Positions 1 to 7,377 are shown, counted from the stretch's first letter. The stretch: DNA of 32,000 nt from an uncultured Candidatus Saccharibacteria bacterium (GCA_964543385.1 CAZIYE010000001.1:480001-512000); one strand, 5' to 3'. Notes: generated from the sequence alone by a model not told the origin. Program-made: numbers and translations.

Positions 1-1
1 A

Positions 2-241
2 GTTCATACATCAATAAAAGCTTCTGGTGATGTAGATTTTGGAGACAGAAATACCAATAGCCCTGAAAAAGTTTCTCTTGCCACTGCAAAATCTCTGGTT
101 AAAGGAAGGGACCCGGTAGAATTTGATAGGATCATAAGACAGAGCATAGCCGCAGTCAATCAAGGGGATCAAGATCTACAATCAGCGCTAGACACAGCAG
201 CAAGAGACATTACAGATATTCTTCGTAAAGAAAATTGGTAA
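2..241 (+). CDS. 3' end of a CDS entering from upstream of the window (last 79 aa); possibly an ABC-type extracellular solute-binding protein
   Basis: The frame is open from nt 2 to TAA at 239-241 (...IIRQSIAAVNQGDQDLQSALDTAARDITDILRKENW*). It is absent from the ORF track because it has no start codon in the window. The resemblance to solute-binding-protein C-termini is a pattern impression only. Confidence 0.4.
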   Translation, partial: VHTSIKASGDVDFGDRNTNSPEKVSLATAKSLVKGRDPVEFDRIIRQSIAAVNQGDQDLQSALDTAARDITDILRKENW

Positions 242-247
242 AAACTG

Positions 248-658
248 ATGGGTAAAGAAATGTCAAAAAATAAAAAGACGAATCATCGCCTTAAAATTAT
301 AACCATGTTTATAATTGCGGCTTTCTTAATTTCGATAGCTCTTGTCTTTTTATTTCCTGAGTTTGAAGCGAGTAGCAGTGATGTTTTACCTTCTGGGATT
401 GATCTGGGTGCTCCTATTCCAGGCTCTGGAGCAACTAGCAATTTCTTTGAATATGTTACTGCTATAGTTGCATTCTGTACTAATATTCTTGGGCCAGTAC
501 TCGCGATAGCAATGATTATTTATGGAGGATATCGATACATCTTCTCCCAAGGAGATAGCACCGCCTTGACAGAAGGAAAAGACATTATCTTCGGCGCTAT
601 TATTGGCTATGCGATTCTTTTTCTGACAAAACTCATAATAAATATTATTGGGGTTTAA
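248..658 (+). CDS. TrbC/VirB2-like T4SS pilin-like small membrane protein, paralog 1 (136 aa)
   Basis: N-terminal basic and hydrophobic leader (HRLKIITMFIIAAFLISIALVFLF). C-terminal two-helix core LGPVLAIAMIIYGGYRYIFSQGDSTALTEGKDIIFGAIIGYAILF is shared with the next four ORFs. An alternative ATG lies at 260. Confidence 0.7.
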   Translation: MGKEMSKNKKTNHRLKIITMFIIAAFLISIALVFLFPEFEASSSDVLPSGIDLGAPIPGSGATSNFFEYVTAIVAFCTNILGPVLAIAMIIYGGYRYIFSQGDSTALTEGKDIIFGAIIGYAILFLTKLIINIIGV

Positions 659-666
659 CTATATTA

Positions 667-1029
667 ATGAAAAAAGTTATTATTGAAAAAATATACTATG
701 CCTCGTTACTAACAATAGTAATACTAGCGTCTTTTTCAACTGCAAAGGCTGCCACAGGCATCGAGATTAATAGTGGATCGAGCATGGATAGCCTGCCCGC
801 TATATTAGAATGGCTTATAAATGTATTTTTAGTTGGAATTTTAGGAATAATTGCCTTTGTTGCATTCCTTGTTGGAGGATTTATGTATCTTCTAGCTGGT
901 TCAGACGCTGCTAAAGCCGAAAAAGGGAAGAAGACTTTAGCTTATGCTGTCACAGGCATGATTTTAGCAATTTTCTCTTATTCTTTCACTTCCATAATAG
1001 TAGATATTTTGAATAATATTTTCCAATGA
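667..1029 (+). CDS. TrbC/VirB2-like T4SS pilin-like small membrane protein, paralog 2 (120 aa)
   Basis: Signal-peptide-like N-terminus ending AKA/A. Core ILGIIAFVAFLVGGFMYLLAGSDAAKAEKGKKTLAYAVTGMILAIFSY matches the paralog consensus (hydrophobic helix, GG-x-Y, S/A-G, K-x-GK, second helix). Confidence 0.7.
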   Translation: MKKVIIEKIYYASLLTIVILASFSTAKAATGIEINSGSSMDSLPAILEWLINVFLVGILGIIAFVAFLVGGFMYLLAGSDAAKAEKGKKTLAYAVTGMILAIFSYSFTSIIVDILNNIFQ

Positions 1030-1364
1030 TCAAATTAATAGAAAAAGTAAGTGCAGAAGTAAAAGTTAATTCCGATCCCATGCCAGATGGGATACTTGGT
1101 TTTGTCCGTCAATTTGGTGGTACAGAGGCAAGCTTGGGTTCCGTAGTAGCAATGATAGAGAAAGCGATTGAAGTAGGGCTCACTTTTGCCGGTGTCTTTG
1201 CTTTAATAATGTTTTTGTGGGGAGCATTCGACTATATGTTTTCTTTAGGTGATGACGAAAAAGTTAAAAAATCTAGCCAAACCATGCTTTGGTCATTCAT
1301 AGGTCTTGTAATTATTGCTGCTGCGCGTACAATATTAAATAGAGTAATTGATTTATTAAAATGA
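1026..1364 (+). CDS. TrbC/VirB2-like T4SS pilin-like small membrane protein, paralog 3 (112 aa)
   Basis: ATGA start/stop overlap with paralog 2. Core FAGVFALIMFLWGAFDYMFSLGDDEKVKKSSQTMLWSFIGLVIIAAA. No obvious hydrophobic leader. Confidence 0.65.
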   Translation: MIKLIEKVSAEVKVNSDPMPDGILGFVRQFGGTEASLGSVVAMIEKAIEVGLTFAGVFALIMFLWGAFDYMFSLGDDEKVKKSSQTMLWSFIGLVIIAAARTILNRVIDLLK

Positions 1365-1374
1365 GGAGGTGTTA

Positions 1375-1695
1375 ATGAGTTTTATTATCAAAGCATTGGC
1401 AGCCAATGATGATGTGAATACTGACAATCTTGGCCTTCAGCTCGTTGGTGGTGCTAGTGATATCCAGGGGTTGATAACGGCAGTTTTGCCATGGGTAAGT
1501 TTAGCAGCAGGTGTAATTGCATTTGCTTATCTAATTTATTCAGGCTTCCTTTATCTTTCAGCCGGTGGTAATGCCGAGTCTGCAAAGAAGGGCCAACAAG
1601 GAATTCTAAATGCAATTATTGGTTTGATTATTATTGCATTGGCCTACACTATCACCACTGCTCTGGTTGGAACATTCAATAATACCACCAGTTAA
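1375..1695 (+). CDS. TrbC/VirB2-like T4SS pilin-like small membrane protein, paralog 4 (106 aa)
   Basis: Core AAGVIAFAYLIYSGFLYLSAGGNAESAKKGQQGILNAIIGLIIIALAY. GAGGAGG at 1364-1370 sits just upstream of ATG 1375, so I prefer 1375 over the GTG at 1369 given in the ORF track. Confidence 0.7.
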   Translation: MSFIIKALAANDDVNTDNLGLQLVGGASDIQGLITAVLPWVSLAAGVIAFAYLIYSGFLYLSAGGNAESAKKGQQGILNAIIGLIIIALAYTITTALVGTFNNTTS

Positions 1696-1716
1696 TTCTA
1701 GCCATAAAGTCTTACA

Positions 1717-1752
1717 AAAAGCCCTTAAGTAGTGATGCTAAGGGGCTTTTTT
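1717..1752 (+). terminator. Rho-independent terminator after pilin paralog 4
   Basis: AAAAGCCCTTA (1717-1727) pairs with TAAGGGGCTTTT (1739-1750) with one bulged G and an 11-nt loop. A T6 run follows (1747-1752). Confidence 0.7.
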
Positions 1753-1815
1753 AGTAGAAGTTGGCAATATAGCTAATGAATAAATAGTCAGGAGTTTTAA
1801 AATAAAAACAAACAT

Positions 1816-2115
1816 ATGATCACTGCCGAAAATATAAAAAATTTGTTTGTCCCAATAATAAATCAGACTGTGACCGCGGAACAGCTTGTAGCTTCAATAG
1901 CCAATATTGCTGCTTCTGTTGCTGGTATAATAGCCTTCTTTTATCTTTTATATGCCGGACTATTATATATAACTTCTGGTAATAATCCAGATCAAGCAAA
2001 AAGAGCCCAGGCAGCTATTGCAAATGTTATTATAGGAATTATTGTTATTGCGCTATCTTATCTTGTGATTAGAGTTATAGGTAATTTTGCAATAACGATA
2101 ATTCAACCTAAATAG
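1816..2115 (+). CDS. TrbC/VirB2-like T4SS pilin-like small membrane protein, paralog 5 (99 aa), separately transcribed
   Basis: Core VAGIIAFFYLLYAGLLYITSGNNPDQAKRAQAAIANVIIGIIVIALSY. It is separated from paralogs 1-4 by the terminator at 1717-1752. Confidence 0.7.
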   Translation: MITAENIKNLFVPIINQTVTAEQLVASIANIAASVAGIIAFFYLLYAGLLYITSGNNPDQAKRAQAAIANVIIGIIVIALSYLVIRVIGNFAITIIQPK

Positions 2116-2117
2116 AA

Positions 2118-3764
2118 TTATGATTTGGTTACTCTCCAAACTTCTTCAATAGTAGTAGAGCCGGAAAGAGCTTTTATTAGACCATCTTGCTCCATTGTTA
2201 TAATCCCTGTTTTGGCTGCACATTTTTCAAACTCTGATATAGAAGCGCTTGCAGCTATCAACTTTTCTATCTCTTCATTTGGTACTAAAATTTCCACCAT
2301 GACTTGGCGGCCAGAGAACCCGGTTGTATTACACCTTTCGCATCCCTTGCCTCTGATCAATTTGACGTATTTATGGCTAATAAGTTCTAAAATATTTTTA
2401 GGAAGTCTATCAGAGATTCTGCTTAATGTTTCGACAACCGCTTGCCATGTCTGAGGCGCTGGAGAATATTCTTCCTTGCAATAAGGACAAATTTTTCTAA
2501 TTAAACGCTGTGCCATAATAAGATTGATTGATCCTGATAATAAGAATGGTTTTACTCCTATTTCAAGTAATCTTGCAAAAACTGAAGGCGCTGAATTCGC
2601 ATGAATTGTAGATAAAAGCAAATGACCAGTTAAGGCAGCTTGTACAGCAATTTCTGCCGTTTCTTGGTCGCGTATCTCTCCGACCATTAAAATGTCAGGA
2701 TCTTGGCGCAAGGAGGCTCGTAGACCATCTGCAAATTCATATCCTTGATTTGGACGGACCTGACTTTGCTCTATTCCCTCAATTTTGTATTCTACGGGAT
2801 CTTCTAAAGTAATGATTTTAACCCCTGGCTTCTTTACCTCCATTAAAAAAGCATACAAAGTTGATGATTTACCGCTACCAGTCGGTCCAGAAGTCATAAT
2901 CATGCCATGAGGCTTAGATATGGCCTCCTTTATTGCTGCTAATGCGTCAGGTCTGAATCCAAGATTATCTAGCCTGAGAATAGATTTCTCTTGACCCAAA
3001 AGACGTAATACTATAGATTCGCCATAAGCAGACGGCATGATAGAAACTCTAAAATCTATTTTTTCACTAGGAGAAGAAAAAGAGAATCTACCATCCTGAG
3101 GTTCATTAGATATATCCATTCGCAAGCTAGACAAGAATTTAATCCTTGAGACCAATTGCTTATGATATTGTAATGGCAAAACGACAACATCCTGTAGGAC
3201 GCCATCGATTCTAAATCTTACCAAGAACTCTGTTTCTGATGGTTCCAGATGTATATCAGAAGCGTTCAATTTCATAGCGCCAAGTAGGACAACATCTAAA
3301 AGTTTTGTCGTGTTGGCTTTCTTGGCAGCATCGGCAGCAGATTTAATATCTGTTACTTTAATATCGTCATATTCTTTTACTTTTTGTTGCTCTTTTTTCT
3401 CGACTTCAGCAATTTTACTTTTATCTGACTCGTAACATGAAATACCATAATAAAGACTGGTTTGAGACATTAATACCATTGTAATAGTTATCCCTGTTTT
3501 CTGTCCCAAAGCTTTCAGATATTGAGTCATTTCAGAATCGTCTGGATTCATCACTCCAATCTTTACCTCATTACCGGTTTTTAGATAGGGGACTACATGG
3601 TACCTTATAGCCATTTCTTCTGGAACAAGATCAAGGACATCTTTTACTATCGGATAGTTTGCTAAAGAGACATAAGACAAATTATGCTTTTTGGCACGCT
3701 CGATTGTGTGCTGTTCTTCTTGTTCTCTATTAAGATAATAAAGTGTGTCATTTATATCAGTCAT
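2118..3764 (-). CDS. PilB/GspE-family secretion (traffic) ATPase, 548 aa
   Basis: N-terminal T2SSE_N-like region (HNLSYVSLANYPI...AIRYHVVPY...GNEVKIGVMNPDD). Walker A is GPTGSGKS. The sequence DPDILMVGEIRD is the Asp-box/Walker B region. The His box is LTGHLLLSTIHAN. A tetracysteine cluster CPYC...CERC is typical of PilB/GspE. Confidence 0.9.
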   Translation of the reverse strand: MTDINDTLYYLNREQEEQHTIERAKKHNLSYVSLANYPIVKDVLDLVPEEMAIRYHVVPYLKTGNEVKIGVMNPDDSEMTQYLKALGQKTGITITMVLMSQTSLYYGISCYESDKSKIAEVEKKEQQKVKEYDDIKVTDIKSAADAAKKANTTKLLDVVLLGAMKLNASDIHLEPSETEFLVRFRIDGVLQDVVVLPLQYHKQLVSRIKFLSSLRMDISNEPQDGRFSFSSPSEKIDFRVSIMPSAYGESIVLRLLGQEKSILRLDNLGFRPDALAAIKEAISKPHGMIMTSGPTGSGKSSTLYAFLMEVKKPGVKIITLEDPVEYKIEGIEQSQVRPNQGYEFADGLRASLRQDPDILMVGEIRDQETAEIAVQAALTGHLLLSTIHANSAPSVFARLLEIGVKPFLLSGSINLIMAQRLIRKICPYCKEEYSPAPQTWQAVVETLSRISDRLPKNILELISHKYVKLIRGKGCERCNTTGFSGRQVMVEILVPNEEIEKLIAASASISEFEKCAAKTGIITMEQDGLIKALSGSTTIEEVWRVTKS

Positions 3765-3864
3765 ATTCTCCTATTTGATAATTATTTGTATTTTAAGTAT
3801 AGCAAAATTCAAGTTTTACATAAAAGATGGATTTTGGAGTTCAATTTTGCTATATTCTACGAGT

Positions 3865-3954
3865 GGAAGGTTGGCAGAGTGGTTTATAGCGCTGGTCTCG
3901 AACACCAGTTGGGTAGCAATACCCTCAGAGGTTCAAATCCTCTACCTTCCGCCA
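3865..3954 (+). tRNA. tRNA-Ser (anticodon CGA), class II with long variable arm, CCA encoded
   Basis: Acceptor stem GGAAGGT/ACCTTCC. Anticodon stem CTGGT/ACCAG with loop CTCGAAC. Variable arm GGGTA-GCAA-TACCC. T arm AGAGG-TTCAAAT-CCTCT. Discriminator G followed by CCA. The D stem has one A-A mismatch. Confidence 0.9.
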
Positions 3955-3985
3955 AAAAAGACTTGAATTACTTCAAGTCTTTTTT
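3955..3985. terminator. Bidirectional rho-independent terminator (serves tRNA-Ser on + and yidC on -)
   Basis: AAAAAGACTTGAA (3955-3967), loop TTAC, TTCAAGTCTTTTT (3972-3984). An A-run on one side and a T-run on the other allow termination in both directions. Confidence 0.8.
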
Positions 3986-4010
3986 AAATAATACAGAAAT
4001 TTCCAATGTC

Positions 4011-4892
4011 TTATTTTTTCTTTGTTCTCACAGTGACATTTACACCTAGCTTCTTTTCCTGTTTATCAAGCCTCTTATTCATCATATTTGTCATAAAATC
4101 CTTTTTATTAGGACTTTCAACCGCTTTTTTTACAACATCATTCTGGGCAGCAGCTAATTTTGGTTGTTCTGGTTTTGATGTTGCCCGCTGGACCATTATC
4201 TGTTTATTTACATACCATTGTTGACCTATACCAAAAACAGTAGTTGCAATCCAATAAATCACAAGAGCAGCTGGCATTGTACGACCAAAAAATACAGTGA
4301 TCAAGGGGGCAATAAACAACATTTGTTTTGTCATCATCGCTGTCGGATCGTTAGCTTCGGGCTTAACTATATTCTTTTGAGGCAACATTGTAAGGTATGA
4401 CAAACCAAATTGTAAAAGACCCGCAACAATCGGCAGAATCCAAGGATCAGGCTTAGTGATATCCATTCCAAAAAAGAATGTGTTTAACGTCTCTGGCCTT
4501 GGCAGAAATGAATAAAGATCTTTATAGCTACTTATATCTAAACCACTTTTAAAAACAGCAAAAAGAACCCAGATAATAGGAATTTGGATTAAAAGAGGTA
4601 GACAAGATCCAAAAGGGGAAAAACCCTCTTCTTTATACAAGGCCATTAAAGCCTTCGATTGCTCTTGCTGATCCTTTATTTCACTTCTAATTTTGTTAAT
4701 CTTCGGCTGCATCTCCAAGCTTCTTACTTGATGGTGAGCGGCCTTTATGGATGAAGGCAATAATATCAATCTAACTATAATAGTCAAAACTATAATAGCT
4801 AAAGCAATAGAATGGCCAGGAATAAGCCATGCTATAAAAATTAACAAATTAAAAAACGGCTGATATAAGACTGTGTGTATAAAAGCTTTCAT
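4011..4892 (-). CDS. yidC: YidC/Oxa1-family membrane protein insertase (short type, 293 aa) with basic C-terminal tail
   Basis: IALAIIVLTIIVRLILLP...MQPKINKI...LYKEEGFSPFGSCLPLLIQIPIIWVLF is the characteristic YidC core. The lysine-rich C-terminus (...RTKKK) also fits. The gene is syntenic with yidD-rnpA-rpmH. Confidence 0.9.
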   Translation of the reverse strand: MKAFIHTVLYQPFFNLLIFIAWLIPGHSIALAIIVLTIIVRLILLPSSIKAAHHQVRSLEMQPKINKIRSEIKDQQEQSKALMALYKEEGFSPFGSCLPLLIQIPIIWVLFAVFKSGLDISSYKDLYSFLPRPETLNTFFFGMDITKPDPWILPIVAGLLQFGLSYLTMLPQKNIVKPEANDPTAMMTKQMLFIAPLITVFFGRTMPAALVIYWIATTVFGIGQQWYVNKQIMVQRATSKPEQPKLAAAQNDVVKKAVESPNKKDFMTNMMNKRLDKQEKKLGVNVTVRTKKK

Positions 4893-4908
4893 ACTTTTTT
4901 AAAAATTA

Positions 4909-4957
4909 AGAATTAAGCATTAAAAACTGCTTATCAGCACTTAATGCTTAATTCTTG
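4909..4957 (-). repeat. Perfect 16-bp inverted repeat (stem-loop) between yidD and yidC
   Basis: AAGAATTAAGCATTAA (4909-4924) and TTAATGCTTAATTCTT (4942-4957) are exact reverse complements around a 17-nt loop. On the minus-strand RNA the hairpin is followed by AAUUUUUAAAAAAGU and then the yidC AUG. Confidence 0.8.
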
Positions 4958-4963
4958 ATTTGT

Positions 4964-5197
4964 TTATGCTGGGTCATGACCTCCCTTACTCCACGGATTA
5001 CATCTTAGCAATCTATAAGCTCCTTTGACAAGACCCTTGAGCACACCATATTTTATAATTGAATGTTTGCAATATTCAGAGCAGGTAGGATTATATTTAC
5101 AATAACCTCCAGGGTAATTACCCCTAAACCAACCATAGTCGGGAGAAAGGGTCCTTTGATATACCTCAATAATTTTAATTATTATCTTATTAATCAT
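4964..5197 (-). CDS. yidD: Membrane protein insertion efficiency factor YidD (77 aa)
   Basis: YQRTLSP...C.Y.PTCSEY...I.KYG...G......RLLRCNPW..GG.DP matches the YidD signature. There is an ATGA overlap with the rnpA stop. Confidence 0.9.
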   Translation of the reverse strand: MINKIIIKIIEVYQRTLSPDYGWFRGNYPGGYCKYNPTCSEYCKHSIIKYGVLKGLVKGAYRLLRCNPWSKGGHDPA

Positions 5198-5538
5198 TTA
5201 TACACCTTCAACGATTCTATACCCGTCTGAAAATCCTTATTCATCAGGCTAATATCACAAGGGGAAGGATATCTCTCTCTAACAATTATAATTATATCGT
5301 GACCAGGCAAAATTTTATCCAAATGCTGTCGTGATATTGCTCGGAGACGTCTTTTGATTGCATTTCGCCTAGTAGAGCGTTTATCAATCTTATTACTAAT
5401 CACAAAACCAAAGCGCACAAAAGGAGCTTTACCTTTGAGTACACGAAAAAATAATCTTCCAGCCACGACATTTCGCGATAAAGAAAAAATCTTTTTAAAA
5501 TCCTTGTCTTTTTTTAATCTGTTTCTGTTATCAAGCAT
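5194..5538 (-). CDS. rnpA: Ribonuclease P protein component (114 aa)
   Basis: A basic small protein (LKKDKDFKKIF...RFGFVISNKIDKRSTRRNAIKRRLR) located directly downstream of rpmH, which is the classical rpmH-rnpA arrangement. Confidence 0.85.
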   Translation of the reverse strand: MLDNRNRLKKDKDFKKIFSLSRNVVAGRLFFRVLKGKAPFVRFGFVISNKIDKRSTRRNAIKRRLRAISRQHLDKILPGHDIIIIVRERYPSPCDISLMNKDFQTGIESLKVYK

Positions 5539-5603
5539 TGAACTTGATTATAACACAAAATAACTGTTTTTAACAAGTTCCTCTATTCTAGCCATATAAA
5601 TTT

Positions 5604-5626
5604 AAAAAAAGAGCCCGTAAGCTCTT
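5604..5626 (-). terminator. Weak terminator/attenuator-like hairpin between rpmH and rnpA
   Basis: On the minus strand, AAGAGC-TTACGG-GCTCTT (6-bp stem) is followed by a T7 run. The stem is short, so it may only act as a partial terminator. Confidence 0.35.
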
Positions 5627-5654
5627 CTATATAGAAGCTGTTAGATATAAAGAA

Positions 5655-5789
5655 TTAGACAGCTAGTATTTTTCTACCCTTGGTTCTGCGTCTTTTCAAA
5701 ACAGTCCTACCGTTTAGGGTGGACATTCTCTCTAAGAATCCATGGACTCTTTGTCTTCTTCTTTTGTTTGGTTGATAAGTTCTCTTCAT
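5655..5789 (-). CDS. rpmH: 50S ribosomal protein L34 (44 aa); too short for the ORF track
   Basis: The reverse-strand translation is [44 protein letters not shown], an unmistakable L34 sequence. Confidence 0.95.
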   Translation of the reverse strand: MKRTYQPNKRRRQRVHGFLERMSTLNGRTVLKRRRTKGRKILAV

Positions 5790-5800
5790 AACTATAGTAG

Positions 5801-5829
5801 ACTTTAACACAAAAAAGCTCCAAAATCAA
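5801..5829 (-). promoter_or_regulatory. Putative sigma70-type promoter of rpmH
   Basis: On the minus strand, TTGATT (5829-5824), a 17-nt spacer, then TAAAGT (5806-5801). The predicted start is only about 5 nt before the rpmH ATG and no Shine-Dalgarno sequence is visible. Confidence 0.3.
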
Positions 5830-5928
5830 GGGTCATAGATTAGACAAATAAATAAAAAAACAAATGCTGTATTTTTCCCAATTTATATAGATTTAAAAAC
5901 AAGAAACCATGCTTCGAAATACGTTGTA

Positions 5929-5958
5929 TTGCATAGCTTGTGGATAACTTGTTATATT
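5929..5958 (+). promoter_or_regulatory. Putative dnaA promoter with a perfect DnaA box in the spacer
   Basis: TTGCAT (5929-5934), an 18-nt spacer, then TATATT (5953-5958). The spacer contains TGTGGATAA (5939-5947), the exact reverse complement of the TTATCCACA consensus. Confidence 0.45.
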
Positions 5959-5991
5959 GTGCGATAGATAGAATTAAATATTATTACCACA

Positions 5992-7377
5992 ATGGATCTA
6001 ACAGAAGTCTGGCGTAATGCGCTTGGTGAGTTACAAGTAACCTTATCAAAAGCAAACTTTGAAACATGGTTTAAAAATACTTTTATTTTTGAATATAAAA
6101 AAGACATTTTCACTATTGGAGTACCAACTTTCTTCGTTGAAGATTGGCTTAAGAAAAAATATTTTAAAGATATTCATAAGGCACTTCAAAACCAAGTAGG
6201 GGAACCAATACAGCTAATAAAATTTAAAATAGCCACACCCAAAGACGACCAACTAGTGAGCTTCGATAAGGATAAGGTTATCCACAAGCCTGTGGATAAG
6301 CCGACAGTCATCGCAACGGAAATATTCCGACGTGTTTCCCAGAATCCAACCCTGAACGATAACTATATCTTTGATAATTTCATTGTCGGACCCTCAAATC
6401 AATTGGCATTCGCTGCAGCACAAGCAGTAGTGGATAAACCAGGAACTCAATACAATCCTCTTTTTATATATGGCGATTCTGGTCTTGGTAAAACTCACCT
6501 GATGCAAGCTATTGGTCATGCCTATCTAAATAGATATCCAGACAAACGTGTACTGTATGTTTCCACCGAAACTTTTGTCAATGATTTTATTCAAGCTGTT
6601 GGTTCTGGGTTTGGAAAAGCCAAGGACTTTAAGAATCTTTATCGCAATGTAGATCTACTTCTTATCGACGACATCCAGTTTTTATCAACAAAAGAACAAA
6701 CACAAGATGAGTTTTTTCATACTTTCAATCATCTGCACCAGAACAAAAAACAAGTCATCCTAACATCTGATAGAACACCTAAGGAAATTAAAGGACTGGA
6801 AGTAAGATTAAAAACCAGATTTGAAGGTGGTATGGTCACTGATATTGGACATCCAGATCTAGAAACAAGAGAGGCTATACTCAGACAAAAAGCATTAAAA
6901 ATGAATAAAAGTATCGAGGGAGATGTCCTAACATTTATTGCAGAACGGGTAAAATCTTCCATCCGAGAATTAGAGGGCTCGTTGAACAAAATTATTGCCA
7001 CTTGTGAACTCACAGGAGCCACACTAAGCAAAGAGAAGGCTGCGGAGATACTATCAAGTATTATCGAAGAAAAACAACAGTTTATAACCCCAGAATTAGT
7101 CATAAGAGAAGTACATAAATATTATAGAATACCGATAGAAGAATTATTAGGTAAAAAGAGAACCAAGGATTTAGTCATGCCAAGACAAATTACCATGTAT
7201 CTATTGAGACATGAATGTAGTTTGTCATACCCTGAGATAGGAAGGAAAATGGGGGGCAAAGATCATTCAACTATTATGCATGGATGCGAAAAGATAGAAA
7301 AAACCCTTTTTACAGATAATAAAATGAAAGAAAGTTTAGTGATTATTAAAGATCATATTTTCTCTGTATACAATTAA
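5992..7377 (+). CDS. dnaA: Chromosomal replication initiator protein DnaA (461 aa)
   Basis: N-terminus WRNALGELQVTLSKANFETWF. AAA+ Walker A is GDSGLGKTHL and Walker B is LLLIDDIQF. The C-terminal DNA-binding helix-turn-helix is RQITMYLLRH...SYPEIGRKMGGKDHSTIMH. Confidence 0.97.
   Translation: MDLTEVWRNALGELQVTLSKANFETWFKNTFIFEYKKDIFTIGVPTFFVEDWLKKKYFKDIHKALQNQVGEPIQLIKFKIATPKDDQLVSFDKDKVIHKPVDKPTVIATEIFRRVSQNPTLNDNYIFDNFIVGPSNQLAFAAAQAVVDKPGTQYNPLFIYGDSGLGKTHLMQAIGHAYLNRYPDKRVLYVSTETFVNDFIQAVGSGFGKAKDFKNLYRNVDLLLIDDIQFLSTKEQTQDEFFHTFNHLHQNKKQVILTSDRTPKEIKGLEVRLKTRFEGGMVTDIGHPDLETREAILRQKALKMNKSIEGDVLTFIAERVKSSIRELEGSLNKIIATCELTGATLSKEKAAEILSSIIEEKQQFITPELVIREVHKYYRIPIEELLGKKRTKDLVMPRQITMYLLRHECSLSYPEIGRKMGGKDHSTIMHGCEKIEKTLFTDNKMKESLVIIKDHIFSVYN
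6278..6299. promoter_or_regulatory. Pair of perfect, inverted DnaA boxes inside the dnaA coding sequence
   Basis: TTATCCACA (6278-6286), AGCC, TGTGGATAA (6291-6299). The pair encodes VIHKPVDK in the variable linker (domain II) region of DnaA. Confidence 0.6.

Noticed and set aside
2125-2454. Antisense or overlapping ORFs from the track inside strong genes. This entry is 2125-2454. The others are 3684-4049, 3745-3966, 4006-4224, 6729-7103, 8482-8765, 11182-11532, 14008-16191, 19461-20018, 22322-22855, 28214-29133 and 30092-31747.
   Set aside because: Each is fully nested in, or antisense to, a long ORF with clear family motifs, or overlaps the tRNA. Their sequences are low in complexity or serine/leucine-rich mirror translations, and I saw no independent start signals.
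3600-3764. c-di-GMP-binding MshEN-type motif at the N-terminus of the PilB-like ATPase
   Set aside because: The N-terminal roughly 40 aa (MTDINDTLYYLNREQEEQHTIERAKKHNLSY...) do not show the RLGxxL...LxxxLxxQ-type pattern I recall for MshEN domains.
3865-3954. tRNA-Ser as an integration site (att) for a genomic island carrying the pilin/PilB module or the yidC side
   Set aside because: No integrase or recombinase is present in the window, and I could not find a second copy of the tRNA 3' end (GGTTCAAATCCTCTACCTTCC) by eye. A direct-repeat search on the full contig would be needed to revive this idea.
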